A stretch of DNA of 64,000 bases, taken from positions 1 through 64,000 of IMG/VR virus record IMGVR_UViG_3300007735_000800; one strand, written 5' to 3'. Below the pieces are notes generated by a model. It made no database searches. It was not told the DNA's origin and worked only from the letters and a program-made list of their open reading frames with translations. The position numbers and the translations under genes were made by a program. This document shows positions 55,582-64,000 of this stretch, one piece after another. The stretch's first letter is position 1. Every line of letters starts with the position of its first letter. The stretch is from a virus.

Positions 55582-56250
55582 ATGAATATTAAACAATTTA
55601 TATTTGACAATTCACCAATAAATAAATGTGGGCAAAGATGTCCAATTATTTTAGAAGCTGGAACAGCTCATGGGTTTGATACGGTTGAATTTGCTAAAAC
55701 ATATCCAGATGGTGTAATTTATGGAATTGAACCTATTACAGCGATGTATGATCATACATACATGTTAACAAAATCTTTTAATAATGTAAAACTATTTAAA
55801 AAAGCATTATCCGATAAAAATGGCAGCGCGGAAATGTATGTTTCATATTATTATGGTAGCCCAACAGGTTCTAGTTCGATACTGGAACCAAAAGACCATG
55901 TACATTTACATCCGGAAATAACATTTAACAATAAAGAAATTGTTGAAACAATTACGCTCGATGATTTTGTGGAAGAACAAAACATATCACATATTGATTT
56001 TATGTGGTTAGATTTGCAGGGATATGAACCAATTGTATTAAATAAATCAATAAAAACTCTTAAAAAGAGTAGGTATTTACACTGCGAAGTTACTATGATT
56101 GAATATTATAAAGATAATATAAAATATCCAGAGTTTAAAAAATTTTTAAATGATAATAATTTTGAAGTTTTAGATGAAAGTGAAATTTTTACTCCAAATG
56201 GAATTAAAAAAGCTGGAAATGTTTTGTTTAAAAATAAATCATATAATTAA
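55582..56250 (+). CDS. FkbM-family methyltransferase
   Basis: LEAGTAHG; GIEP; IDFMWLDLQGYE. Confidence 0.85.
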   Translation: MNIKQFIFDNSPINKCGQRCPIILEAGTAHGFDTVEFAKTYPDGVIYGIEPITAMYDHTYMLTKSFNNVKLFKKALSDKNGSAEMYVSYYYGSPTGSSSILEPKDHVHLHPEITFNNKEIVETITLDDFVEEQNISHIDFMWLDLQGYEPIVLNKSIKTLKKSRYLHCEVTMIEYYKDNIKYPEFKKFLNDNNFEVLDESEIFTPNGIKKAGNVLFKNKSYN

Positions 56251-56261
56251 GGTAAAATAAA

Positions 56262-56897
56262 ATGTATTATTCTCAGTATAATCAAGATAAAATTTTAAAT
56301 ACTAGAATTTTTAAAAATAAAAAAAATGGATTTTTTATAGATATAGGTGCACATGATGGAATAACATATTCCAATTCATATTTTTTTGAAAAAGAATTGG
56401 AATGGACAGGTATATGTGTGGAACCAAATCCATCCGTATTTAAACAATTACAAAAAAATAGAAAATGTACTTTAATAAACAAACCTGCTTGGATAGAAAA
56501 TAAAAAAGAAGTATTTTTTACAATTACAGGACATTCTGAAATGTTGAGTGGATTATACGACACATATCATCCAAAACATCTAAAAAGAATAAAGTCGGAA
56601 ATAGATGATTTAAATCAAAAATTTGAAATCACTGAAGTTGAATGTTTTGATTTAAATGAATATTTAATAAAAAATTCTATAAATAATATTGATTTTATTA
56701 GTTTAGACACCGAAGGAAGTGAATTTAAAATTTTAAAAAATATTGATTTTTCTCAAATTTCTATAAAAGTTATTGTAATAGAAATACCATATGATCAAAA
56801 TGAAGTAATAAATTTTTTAGAAAATAAAAATTTTTATCTATATGCATATGCTCAAAATTCAGATTTAATTTTTGTTAATAACAGCTATAAATTTTAA
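56262..56897 (+). CDS. FkbM-family methyltransferase
   Basis: FFIDIGAHDGITYSNSYFFE..W.GICVEPNP; IDFISLDTEGSE. Confidence 0.9.
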   Translation: MYYSQYNQDKILNTRIFKNKKNGFFIDIGAHDGITYSNSYFFEKELEWTGICVEPNPSVFKQLQKNRKCTLINKPAWIENKKEVFFTITGHSEMLSGLYDTYHPKHLKRIKSEIDDLNQKFEITEVECFDLNEYLIKNSINNIDFISLDTEGSEFKILKNIDFSQISIKVIVIEIPYDQNEVINFLENKNFYLYAYAQNSDLIFVNNSYKF

Positions 56898-56924
56898 TTA
56901 AAAAATTAAAAATATTCTTTATTA

Positions 56925-56952
56925 TTGACAATTAATTTTTTTGTGTTAAAAT
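56925..56952 (+). promoter_or_regulatory. promoter TTGACA-N16-TAAAAT, 6 nt before the gp55 GTG
   Basis: positions 56925-56930 and 56947-56952. Confidence 0.75.
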
Positions 56953-56958
56953 ATAAAT

Positions 56959-57528
56959 GTGAAAAAACCAAAGAAAAAAAAATCTAAACCGTCTGATGCT
57001 GATTATGTAGACAATCAGGCGTTATATGATGCTTTGGTAGAATTTAAAAAGAAGATAAGAGAATCTGAAAACAGCGGAAAGAAAAAACCAAAACTTCCCG
57101 ATTTTATAGGCGAGTGCATACTAAAAATTGCATCTCGCCTTTCTTATCGACCAAATTTTGCCAACTATCCTTATAGAGAAGAAATGGTATCTGACGCAGT
57201 TTTAAATTGTATTACTTATATTGAAAATTTTGATCCAAAACTCTCAACCAGTCCATTTGGTTATCTAACGCAAATATGTTGGTTTTCATTCGTTAGGATT
57301 ATAAACAAAGAGAAAAAAGAAAAATATGTTCAATACAAGTTTGCAGAACAAAAAAATAATAAAGATTTTCAAAATTGGTTTAATGAAGTATATGCTGGTA
57401 TTGACATTGGAAGAAAAGATTTCTTTGGTTTGACCGATTCGGATATGGAACGGTTTGATAAAATGACTGAACCTAAGGTAAAGAAGAAAAGAAAAAGAAA
57501 AGTAAAAGAAGACATGTTTGAACTATGA
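56959..57528 (+). CDS. gp55: late sigma factor gp55
   Basis: YVDNQALY; IGECILKIASRLSYRPNFANYPYREEMVSDAVLNC; SPFGYLTQI. Confidence 0.96.
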   Translation: MKKPKKKKSKPSDADYVDNQALYDALVEFKKKIRESENSGKKKPKLPDFIGECILKIASRLSYRPNFANYPYREEMVSDAVLNCITYIENFDPKLSTSPFGYLTQICWFSFVRIINKEKKEKYVQYKFAEQKNNKDFQNWFNEVYAGIDIGRKDFFGLTDSDMERFDKMTEPKVKKKRKRKVKEDMFEL

Positions 57529-58571
57529 AAGCCGTAATATTGAATGACACCCATTTTGGATACAAAGCAGATTCTCCGATAGTTTTAGAATACTTTCTAT
57601 CCTTCTTTGAAAGGCAGTTGTTTCCTTACCTAAAAGAAAACAAAATTACAACAATATTTCACCTAGGTGATGTATTTGACCGAAGAAAATACATCAACTT
57701 CAAAACCCTAAATGAAGTAAGAACCAGGTTCTTTGAACCTTTGCGTGATATGGGAATAAAGGTTATTGCAATTTGTGGTAACCATGATACGTATTACAGA
57801 AACAACAATAGAGTAAATTCACTGGATGAACTTATTTCTTATTATGGTAACTGGGAAATTTATTCTGAGCCAACAGAAATAAAAACTAGTTCGGGGTGTG
57901 TTGCCCTGGTTCCTTGGATAAATCCTGAAAATCAAGAAAAATCTGCTGACTTTATAATAAACACAACCTGTCCGGTTTTATTTGGTCATTTGGAATTATT
58001 GGGATTTCAAACTATTCGTGGTACATTTGTGGATCAAGGTTATGACCCAAGATATTTTAACAAATTTGAATGTGTTCTTTCTGGGCATTATCACATCAAG
58101 TCTAGTCGTGACAATATCCATTATTTGGGCACGCAATATCAGATGGCTTTCTCGGACGTTTGGGAGTCAAAGGGGTTCCACGTATTTGACTTCAAGGATC
58201 GTACTTTATCGTTTATTGAAAATCCAAGGAAGCTTTTCCACACGTTTGATTATAATGAAGACAACCCGGAAAAGATCGATTATCAGAACTTCAAAGATTG
58301 TTATGTCAAAATTTTTATCAAGAAGCGCACTAAGGCTGCAGCTTTTGAAAAGTACATTGATAAATTCTATGAAGCAGGTGTGGCAGAATTGGCAATAACG
58401 GACGAGGTATCGACAAATCCAGAATTGGTGGCAGTAGATGTGCACAAGGATACATTGCAGCTTCTTCATGAAGAAATTGAAACAATAAACGACAAATCTG
58501 TTGATAAAAAAATACTTGCAAAGATCATAGATGAGGCTTATAATTCTGCATTGTCAAAGGATGAAGAGTGA
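57525..58571 (+). CDS. gp47: recombination nuclease gp47 (Mre11-like)
   Basis: DTHFG; HLGDVFDRRK; GNHD; GHLE; SGHYH. Confidence 0.96.
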   Translation: MKAVILNDTHFGYKADSPIVLEYFLSFFERQLFPYLKENKITTIFHLGDVFDRRKYINFKTLNEVRTRFFEPLRDMGIKVIAICGNHDTYYRNNNRVNSLDELISYYGNWEIYSEPTEIKTSSGCVALVPWINPENQEKSADFIINTTCPVLFGHLELLGFQTIRGTFVDQGYDPRYFNKFECVLSGHYHIKSSRDNIHYLGTQYQMAFSDVWESKGFHVFDFKDRTLSFIENPRKLFHTFDYNEDNPEKIDYQNFKDCYVKIFIKKRTKAAAFEKYIDKFYEAGVAELAITDEVSTNPELVAVDVHKDTLQLLHEEIETINDKSVDKKILAKIIDEAYNSALSKDEE

Positions 58572-60289
58572 TTGAATTTTTAAAAGTCAGATTTAAAAAC
58601 TTTGGTTCGTTTGGAAACAACTTTTCAGAAATTGATTTAAATAGCAGAAAGACAACGTTGGTCACGGGAACCAATGGTCATGGTAAATCTTTTGCTTTGT
58701 TGGATTCTCTTTGTTTTGGTTTGTTTGGCAAGCCATTCCGACCAATAAATATACCACAGTTGATAAATACAGTTAATGGAAAAAACTGTTTAGTTGAAAT
58801 TGAATTTAACAGATCTAACTCTCATTATTTGGTTCGTCGTGGATTGGCTCCCAAAATTTTTGAAATTCATAAGGATGGTAAGCTTTTAGATCAAAATGCC
58901 AAGTCCAAAGATTATCAAGAAATGTTTGAGGAACAGATCCTGGGATTTGATTATTCTGCCTTTAAACAGGTCGTAATCCTCGGCAAATCCAACTTCATAC
59001 CATTCATGCAGCTGACTCCCATGGAGCGCAGGAAGATCATAGAAGGACTCCTAGAGCTCGATATACTGGCTGACATGAATGTATATGTAAAGGGGCAGTT
59101 GGGTTCTTTGAAAGTCGATATTGCTGAACAGAACAGCCTTTTAAAGATATCCCATGAAAAGATAAAATCCCAAAAAGAATTTATAGAACAAGTGAAAACT
59201 AGTAATGCTGGAGATATAAAAATTCTTGAGGGAAGAATTAAAGAATACAAAGATCAAATTGGTGAAGACAATAGAACACTAAAAACTTTACTTGAGGATC
59301 ATTCCGATAAATCCACGCAGATCTCAGATTTAAAAAAGAAAATTGCATCTCTTAAAGATGTTCCTGGTATGCTAATCAAATTGGAAACATTAAAAATTTC
59401 ATTGCTTGATGACATAAAGGCACTGGAAGAGAATGCAACTTGTAAGTGTTGCTTACAGGTTCTTCCAGTTGAACAAAAGCAAAAGCACATTCAAGAAAAA
59501 AGAACAAAGTCAAAAGAATGTTTTGATGCTTTAAAGGTTGCGACAAAGAAGAATCAAGATTTAGAGCAGTACAATAAAAATTTGGAAAAAATGTCGCAAG
59601 AAGCGGAAATATTAGTAAATGACATTAATGGCATCAAATATAGAATTGGAAATGGTGAATCCAATATCAAAGTTTTGGAGAAAGACATAAAGGAAAAACA
59701 AGCAGCCAACAACCTGACTACTTTACTAGCCAGTTTGGCTGATTCGGAAAGTAAAAAAGATGAAATTGCAAAACAAGTTGAAAAACTCATTCAAGAACAA
59801 ATTCATCACGATGTTGTATATGATATCCTCAAAGATGGCGGGCTCAAGAGCCGCATTATCAAACATTATGTTCCCATCATCAATGGACTCGTCAACAAGT
59901 TCCTCGGAAAACTTAATCTCTATGTTGATTTCACCATCGATGAGGAATTCAAGGAAACAATCAAGTCTCGATATAGAGATGCATTCTCATATTCCTCTTT
60001 CTCTGAGGGAGAGAAACAGCGTATCGATTTGGCCATACTGCTGACTTGGCGTGAAGTGGCCAAGATGAAGAATAGCCTAAACTGCAATCTATTGATTTTT
60101 GATGAGATATTGGATTCGTCTTTGGATTCTTCGGGAACCGAGTCTTTTTTGAAGATATTGAATAAAATGAAAAATAAGTGTTCTATATTCATTATAAGCC
60201 ATAAGGCAGATTCTTTAGTCGATAAATTTGATCAATCATTACAATTTGAAAAGAAAAACAACTTTTCAAAGATAAAAGTAAACATATAA
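58568..60289 (+). CDS. gp46: recombination ATPase gp46 (Rad50-like)
   Basis: GTNGHGKS; CKCC hook; FSEGEKQRIDL; IFDEILD. Confidence 0.96.
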   Translation: MIEFLKVRFKNFGSFGNNFSEIDLNSRKTTLVTGTNGHGKSFALLDSLCFGLFGKPFRPINIPQLINTVNGKNCLVEIEFNRSNSHYLVRRGLAPKIFEIHKDGKLLDQNAKSKDYQEMFEEQILGFDYSAFKQVVILGKSNFIPFMQLTPMERRKIIEGLLELDILADMNVYVKGQLGSLKVDIAEQNSLLKISHEKIKSQKEFIEQVKTSNAGDIKILEGRIKEYKDQIGEDNRTLKTLLEDHSDKSTQISDLKKKIASLKDVPGMLIKLETLKISLLDDIKALEENATCKCCLQVLPVEQKQKHIQEKRTKSKECFDALKVATKKNQDLEQYNKNLEKMSQEAEILVNDINGIKYRIGNGESNIKVLEKDIKEKQAANNLTTLLASLADSESKKDEIAKQVEKLIQEQIHHDVVYDILKDGGLKSRIIKHYVPIINGLVNKFLGKLNLYVDFTIDEEFKETIKSRYRDAFSYSSFSEGEKQRIDLAILLTWREVAKMKNSLNCNLLIFDEILDSSLDSSGTESFLKILNKMKNKCSIFIISHKADSLVDKFDQSLQFEKKNNFSKIKVNI

Positions 60290-60298
60290 ATATTTTAA

Positions 60299-60583
60299 AT
60301 GTTCAAGGGAACTTACAAGGCAAAAGATTCATATGGTAACCCCATTTACTACACAAATGGTGATGTTGTCCTCGATCAAGGAAGGGCATATAGATGCCTA
60401 TCAAATACCATATACGGACCTTTACAGAGCCCTGACAATTGGTATGTTACTGGATTAACGGAGCCTTATAGAGGAACCACTGCACCGATAAACCCAATAG
60501 AAAATCAAATATGGGTAACTGATTCGGGAACCAAATACATTTGGTTCAAAGATACAAATGGATTTCAGTGGATTGAAATTTGA
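60299..60583 (+). CDS. small protein with carbohydrate-binding (CBM5/12-like) pattern
   Basis: YTNGDVVLDQGRAYRC...P....W; TATAAATA 6 nt upstream. Confidence 0.55.
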   Translation: MFKGTYKAKDSYGNPIYYTNGDVVLDQGRAYRCLSNTIYGPLQSPDNWYVTGLTEPYRGTTAPINPIENQIWVTDSGTKYIWFKDTNGFQWIEI

Positions 60584-60613
60584 TTTGCAGAATAAAGAGG
60601 ATATAATAAAGAT

Positions 60614-60766
60614 ATGAACGAAGACAGTTTTGAGAAATTTACTAATCGCCGCAAGAATAAGCCATCTGTTTTTGGCAAAAAGCAACAGAACAGAAACAAG
60701 AGAGGCAATAGGCACGAACAGAAGCAAAAGCTCAATGACACTCTATACAAGAAAGAAGTAGAGTAA
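60614..60766 (+). CDS. small basic protein (50 aa; not in ORF track)
   Basis: MNEDSFEKFTNRRKNKPSVFGKKQQNRNKRGNRHEQKQKLNDTLYKKEVE; TTGATT-N16-TATAAT-N6-ATG. Confidence 0.65.
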   Translation: MNEDSFEKFTNRRKNKPSVFGKKQQNRNKRGNRHEQKQKLNDTLYKKEVE

Positions 60767-60777
60767 AGGAATTATAT

Positions 60778-61449
60778 ATGACAACTGTGACTAAAATGCG
60801 TCTCTCAAAAGAGACTTTGACTATACTTAAAAACTTTTCCTCCATCAATTCTAATATCTTGATTAATCCGGGAAGCATTATCAAGACAAAATCTGCAAGC
60901 AGCAACATATATGCAGAAGCAAAAATTGAGGAAGAATTTGATGTATCGGTTCCCATCTGGGATCTAAATAAGTTTTTGGCAGTGGTTAGCATGTTTGCAA
61001 ACCCAGATCTTGAATTTACTGACAAGTATGTTGACATCTCAAATGGTAGATCATATGTCAGATACCATTATTCAAATCCAAAATTGCTATCGGTTCCAAC
61101 CAGAGAAATAAAGATACCAGATGCAATAATAAAATTTGACCTAAATGAAGAAAATCTCAACGAAATGCTGAGAGCTGCAAGCATTCTTCAGGTTGGCGAT
61201 ATTCAGATAACAGCAAAAGATGGTGTTTTGAGCATTGTTGTCGATGATTCTGGAAACAGCAGTTCAAATAGCTTTTCAATGATATTGGATGATAACTACA
61301 GCGGTCCAGATTACAGCGGTTCTTTCAACATCAATCACATCAAGTTTGTCCCTGGATCATATAAAGTACACCTTACGAATACCGTTGTCGCAAAGTTTGA
61401 ACATGAATCTGGCAATTTGTTTTACTACATTGCAATAAACAAGGGATAA
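60778..61449 (+). CDS. gp45: sliding clamp gp45
   Basis: LSKETLTILKNFSSINSNI; IWDLNKFL; FVPGSYKV. Confidence 0.95.
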   Translation: MTTVTKMRLSKETLTILKNFSSINSNILINPGSIIKTKSASSNIYAEAKIEEEFDVSVPIWDLNKFLAVVSMFANPDLEFTDKYVDISNGRSYVRYHYSNPKLLSVPTREIKIPDAIIKFDLNEENLNEMLRAASILQVGDIQITAKDGVLSIVVDDSGNSSSNSFSMILDDNYSGPDYSGSFNINHIKFVPGSYKVHLTNTVVAKFEHESGNLFYYIAINKG

Positions 61450-61450
61450 A

Positions 61451-62392
61451 ATGACAGAAATAAACAATTTGATTTGGGTCGAAAAATATCGACCCAAGAC
61501 TCTGTCTGATTGCATTCTTTCTACGGATTTGACCATCATATTCAACGGTATGGTCAAAGATGGCAAAATTCCCAACATGTTATTCTATGGCAAACCTGGA
61601 ACAGGCAAAACCACTGTGGCAAAGGCGCTTGCCAATGATCTGGGTTTAGATTGCATGATGATTAACTGCTCCGAGGAGAATGGTATTGATACCCTCAGAG
61701 TCAAGATAAGAGAATATGCATCCACGGTTTCTCTCACGGGAAATGGCAAAGTCATTATTTTGGATGAATTTGATTATGCTACAAAAGGCATTCAAACAGG
61801 TTTGCGTGGAGCTATAGAGGAGTTTGCAGATAATTGCAGATTTATAATCACATGCAATTATAAAAACAGGGTGATAGACCCATTGCACTCAAGATGCACT
61901 GGAGTAGATTTTAGCATACCCAATTCAGAAAAGGCTGCGATTGCCACCAGGATTCTGCAAAGGATAGAATCTATACTTAATTTTGAAAATGTTCCATATG
62001 AAAAACAAGTTTTGGCAAATGTGGTTAAAAAATATTTTCCAGATATTCGCAGAATCATCAATGAACTTCAAAAGTATTCTTCTTCTGGAAAGATTGATGT
62101 TGGCGTATTGGGACAAAACAGTTCAGATTCATTCAAAGAACTATTGGGGTACATGAAAACAAAGGATTTTGCATCCTGCAGAAAATGGGTTATTCAAAAT
62201 ATAGATCTCAATACAAGCGAGTTTTTTAAACGTCTATACAATGAGCTTTATACAGCTCTTAAACCAAGTTCAATTCCTGCAGCAATTTTGATTATAGCCG
62301 AGTATCAGTACAAATCTGCATTTGCAGCGGATCATGAAATCAATACTATGGCCATGTTGGTACAGATAATGATGGATTGTGAGTTTGCCTAA
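61451..62392 (+). CDS. gp44: clamp loader large subunit gp44
   Basis: WVEKYRP; GKPGTGKTT; ILDEFD; LHSRC. Confidence 0.96.
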   Translation: MTEINNLIWVEKYRPKTLSDCILSTDLTIIFNGMVKDGKIPNMLFYGKPGTGKTTVAKALANDLGLDCMMINCSEENGIDTLRVKIREYASTVSLTGNGKVIILDEFDYATKGIQTGLRGAIEEFADNCRFIITCNYKNRVIDPLHSRCTGVDFSIPNSEKAAIATRILQRIESILNFENVPYEKQVLANVVKKYFPDIRRIINELQKYSSSGKIDVGVLGQNSSDSFKELLGYMKTKDFASCRKWVIQNIDLNTSEFFKRLYNELYTALKPSSIPAAILIIAEYQYKSAFAADHEINTMAMLVQIMMDCEFA

Positions 62393-62781
62393 TGGAACTA
62401 TTTGATTTTATCAACAACATCAATTACCATAAAAAGCCAGTCCTAGATGAGGACGAAAAGGCAGATAAATTTTATCTGCCTTTTATGGTAAATAAATATT
62501 ATTCTTTTTTTGCAGATACCATATTTTATGCAAATGAGATGAATTGCAACTGGGAGTTAGATAAAAAACTTCAACATGATTTTTATTTGAATGGAATAAG
62601 GAAAAAGAAAAGATTTAATGCTTGGGTTAAGAAAGATACCGAAGACGATATTGAAACTATAAAAAAAGCATATAATTACACAGAGTCTAAAGCTCAAGAA
62701 GTGCTAAATATACTTGGACCCGATGGTGTGAAAAAGTTAAAACTTTTTATGCTTAAAGGTGGAACTAATAGTAAAGAGTGA
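62392..62781 (+). CDS. gp62: clamp loader small subunit gp62
   Basis: LFDFINNIN; YLPFMVNKYYS; ANEMN; RKKKRF. Confidence 0.92.
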   Translation: MELFDFINNINYHKKPVLDEDEKADKFYLPFMVNKYYSFFADTIFYANEMNCNWELDKKLQHDFYLNGIRKKKRFNAWVKKDTEDDIETIKKAYNYTESKAQEVLNILGPDGVKKLKLFMLKGGTNSKE

Positions 62782-62786
62782 GTGAT

Positions 62787-63212
62787 ATGTCGGAAACATC
62801 AGATAAAATTTTTAATAATGTTGGCGTTCATATAAAACTTTTGGATCCAGAAGATTTTATGGTTGTCAGGGAAACCCTATCGAGAATAGGGGTATCACCC
62901 AAAGGAAAAAAAGTTTTATATCAATCCTGCCATTTAATACATAAAAATGAAGTTTATATCATAGCCCATTTTAAGGAATTGTTTTCCTTGGATGGGCTTC
63001 CTTCCAATGTATCCGAAGAAGATTTAAAAAGAAGAAATGCAATCATATCTCTATTAGAGGAGTGGGAACTCTTAGATGTTGTTGACAAAGAAAAAATTAA
63101 AGATAAGATGCAAATCAGCGGTCTTAAAATTATAAAACATGAAGAAAAGAATGACTGGCAATTAATACCAAAATTTAATCCAGGCACTCTACGTAAATTT
63201 TTTAATAGTTGA
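62787..63212 (+). CDS. regA: translational repressor RegA
   Basis: DFMVVRETLSRIG; LYQSCHLIHK..YIIAHFKELFSLDG; RRNAI..LLEEWEL. Confidence 0.95.
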   Translation: MSETSDKIFNNVGVHIKLLDPEDFMVVRETLSRIGVSPKGKKVLYQSCHLIHKNEVYIIAHFKELFSLDGLPSNVSEEDLKRRNAIISLLEEWELLDVVDKEKIKDKMQISGLKIIKHEEKNDWQLIPKFNPGTLRKFFNS

Positions 63213-63219
63213 GGAAATA

Positions 63220-64000
63220 ATGTACAATCTAACTCTTAGCATGATCGTAAAAAACGAGGCACCAAATATTCTACGGTGCTTGGAATCTGTAGCCCCATTT
63301 ATTGATTATTATGTAATATGTGATACTGGGTCAACAGACAATACCAAAGAGATAATTAAAAATTTCTTTGACAGTAAAAACATACCAGGTGAAATATTGG
63401 ACCATGAATGGAAACACTTTGGTCATAATAGAACAGAGGCACTTAAAGCTTGTTATGGAAAAACTAAATGGGCCATGATGATTGATGCGGATGATTACCT
63501 ATCCGGAAAGTTACCAGTAGAAAAATTTGATGATAATTTGGATGGATATGTTGTAAAAATTACAAGAGGGCCATTTGAGTGGTATAGGGCACAATTGTTT
63601 AATTTAGGAAAGAAAAATTGGTGGTATGAAGAACCACTTCATGAATATGCTATATGTGAACAACCTATAAATGTCGTTAGACTTGAAGGTGATTACAGCT
63701 GGGAAGTAAGAACAGAAGGATGCAGATCTAGAGAATCCGGTGGGGACGATAGAGAAAAATACAGAAAAGATTATTATTTCCTTAAAAAATATCTTGAGGA
63801 CCATCCAGATAATGTAAGAACCCAGTTTTATCTTGCACAATCTGCATTTGATGCTCATATGTTTGATGTAGCTGAAATAGAATATGAAAAAAGAGCAAAA
63901 ATGGGAGGATGGGTTGAAGAGGTATTCTATTCTTGGATGAGAGTTGGAATATCCCGGGAATTGCAGAACAAACCTCTCCCAGAAGTTATAGACGCATTCT
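63220..64000 (+). CDS. GT2 glycosyltransferase with TPR-like C-region (truncated by window end)
   Basis: LSMIVKNEA; VICDTGSTD; FGHNRTEAL; IDADD; HEY; FYLAQS. Confidence 0.85.
   Translation, partial: MYNLTLSMIVKNEAPNILRCLESVAPFIDYYVICDTGSTDNTKEIIKNFFDSKNIPGEILDHEWKHFGHNRTEALKACYGKTKWAMMIDADDYLSGKLPVEKFDDNLDGYVVKITRGPFEWYRAQLFNLGKKNWWYEEPLHEYAICEQPINVVRLEGDYSWEVRTEGCRSRESGGDDREKYRKDYYFLKKYLEDHPDNVRTQFYLAQSAFDAHMFDVAEIEYEKRAKMGGWVEEVFYSWMRVGISRELQNKPLPEVIDAF

Noticed and set aside
46726-56897. Island as a T-even-style DNA glucosylation system
   Set aside because: No dCMP hydroxymethylase or alpha/beta-glucosyltransferase motifs in the window, and the families present act on glycans; not fully excluded for the rest of the genome
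1-64000. Stop-codon reassignment, introns, inteins, homing endonucleases, tRNA genes
   Set aside because: Core genes (gp17, gp20, gp23, uvsW, gp46) are intact and of normal length in the standard code; no such motifs or cloverleafs were seen by eye (tRNAscan/Infernal not run)

Overview
A 64-kb segment of a T4-like myophage genome. I found no host genes, tRNA/rRNA genes, CRISPR array, introns or inteins. Left to right: (1) about 1.7 kb of GC-rich early-type cassettes (about 65-70% GC in sampled lines), each with its own sigma70 promoter and apparently leaderless; (2) a sharp switch to an AT-rich body; (3) a cluster of modular, low-complexity putative internal head proteins; (4) a compact baseplate module (gp7-like, gp6, gp25, a split gp27-type hub, gp53, gp48), then gp4, gp54, gp26, gp51, gp32 and gp33; (5) accessory genes, including a Dps-like protein, a Cys/Gly-rich fibre, a deaminase, a lysozyme with a capsid-targeting-like N-terminus, denV-like and guaC; (6) the neck, terminase, tail and head genes gp13-gp23 and gp3, then uvsW and uvsY; (7) a very AT-rich 10-kb glycosylation island (Gmd, His-type ColD, Fcl/ColC, GT10/GT11/GT25 transferases, three methyltransferases); (8) gp55, gp47, gp46, gp45, gp44, gp62, regA and a truncated GT2. 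The strongest leads are a gp14 neck protein and a gp27 hub that each appear split around passenger domains (one carrying RCC1 repeats plus a trypsin-like protease), a probable GDP-colitose glycan pathway, genome-wide leaderless gene architecture, shuffled internal-protein modules, and a possible -1 frameshift joining gp26 to gp51. All family calls come from motif recognition by eye; no database searches were run.
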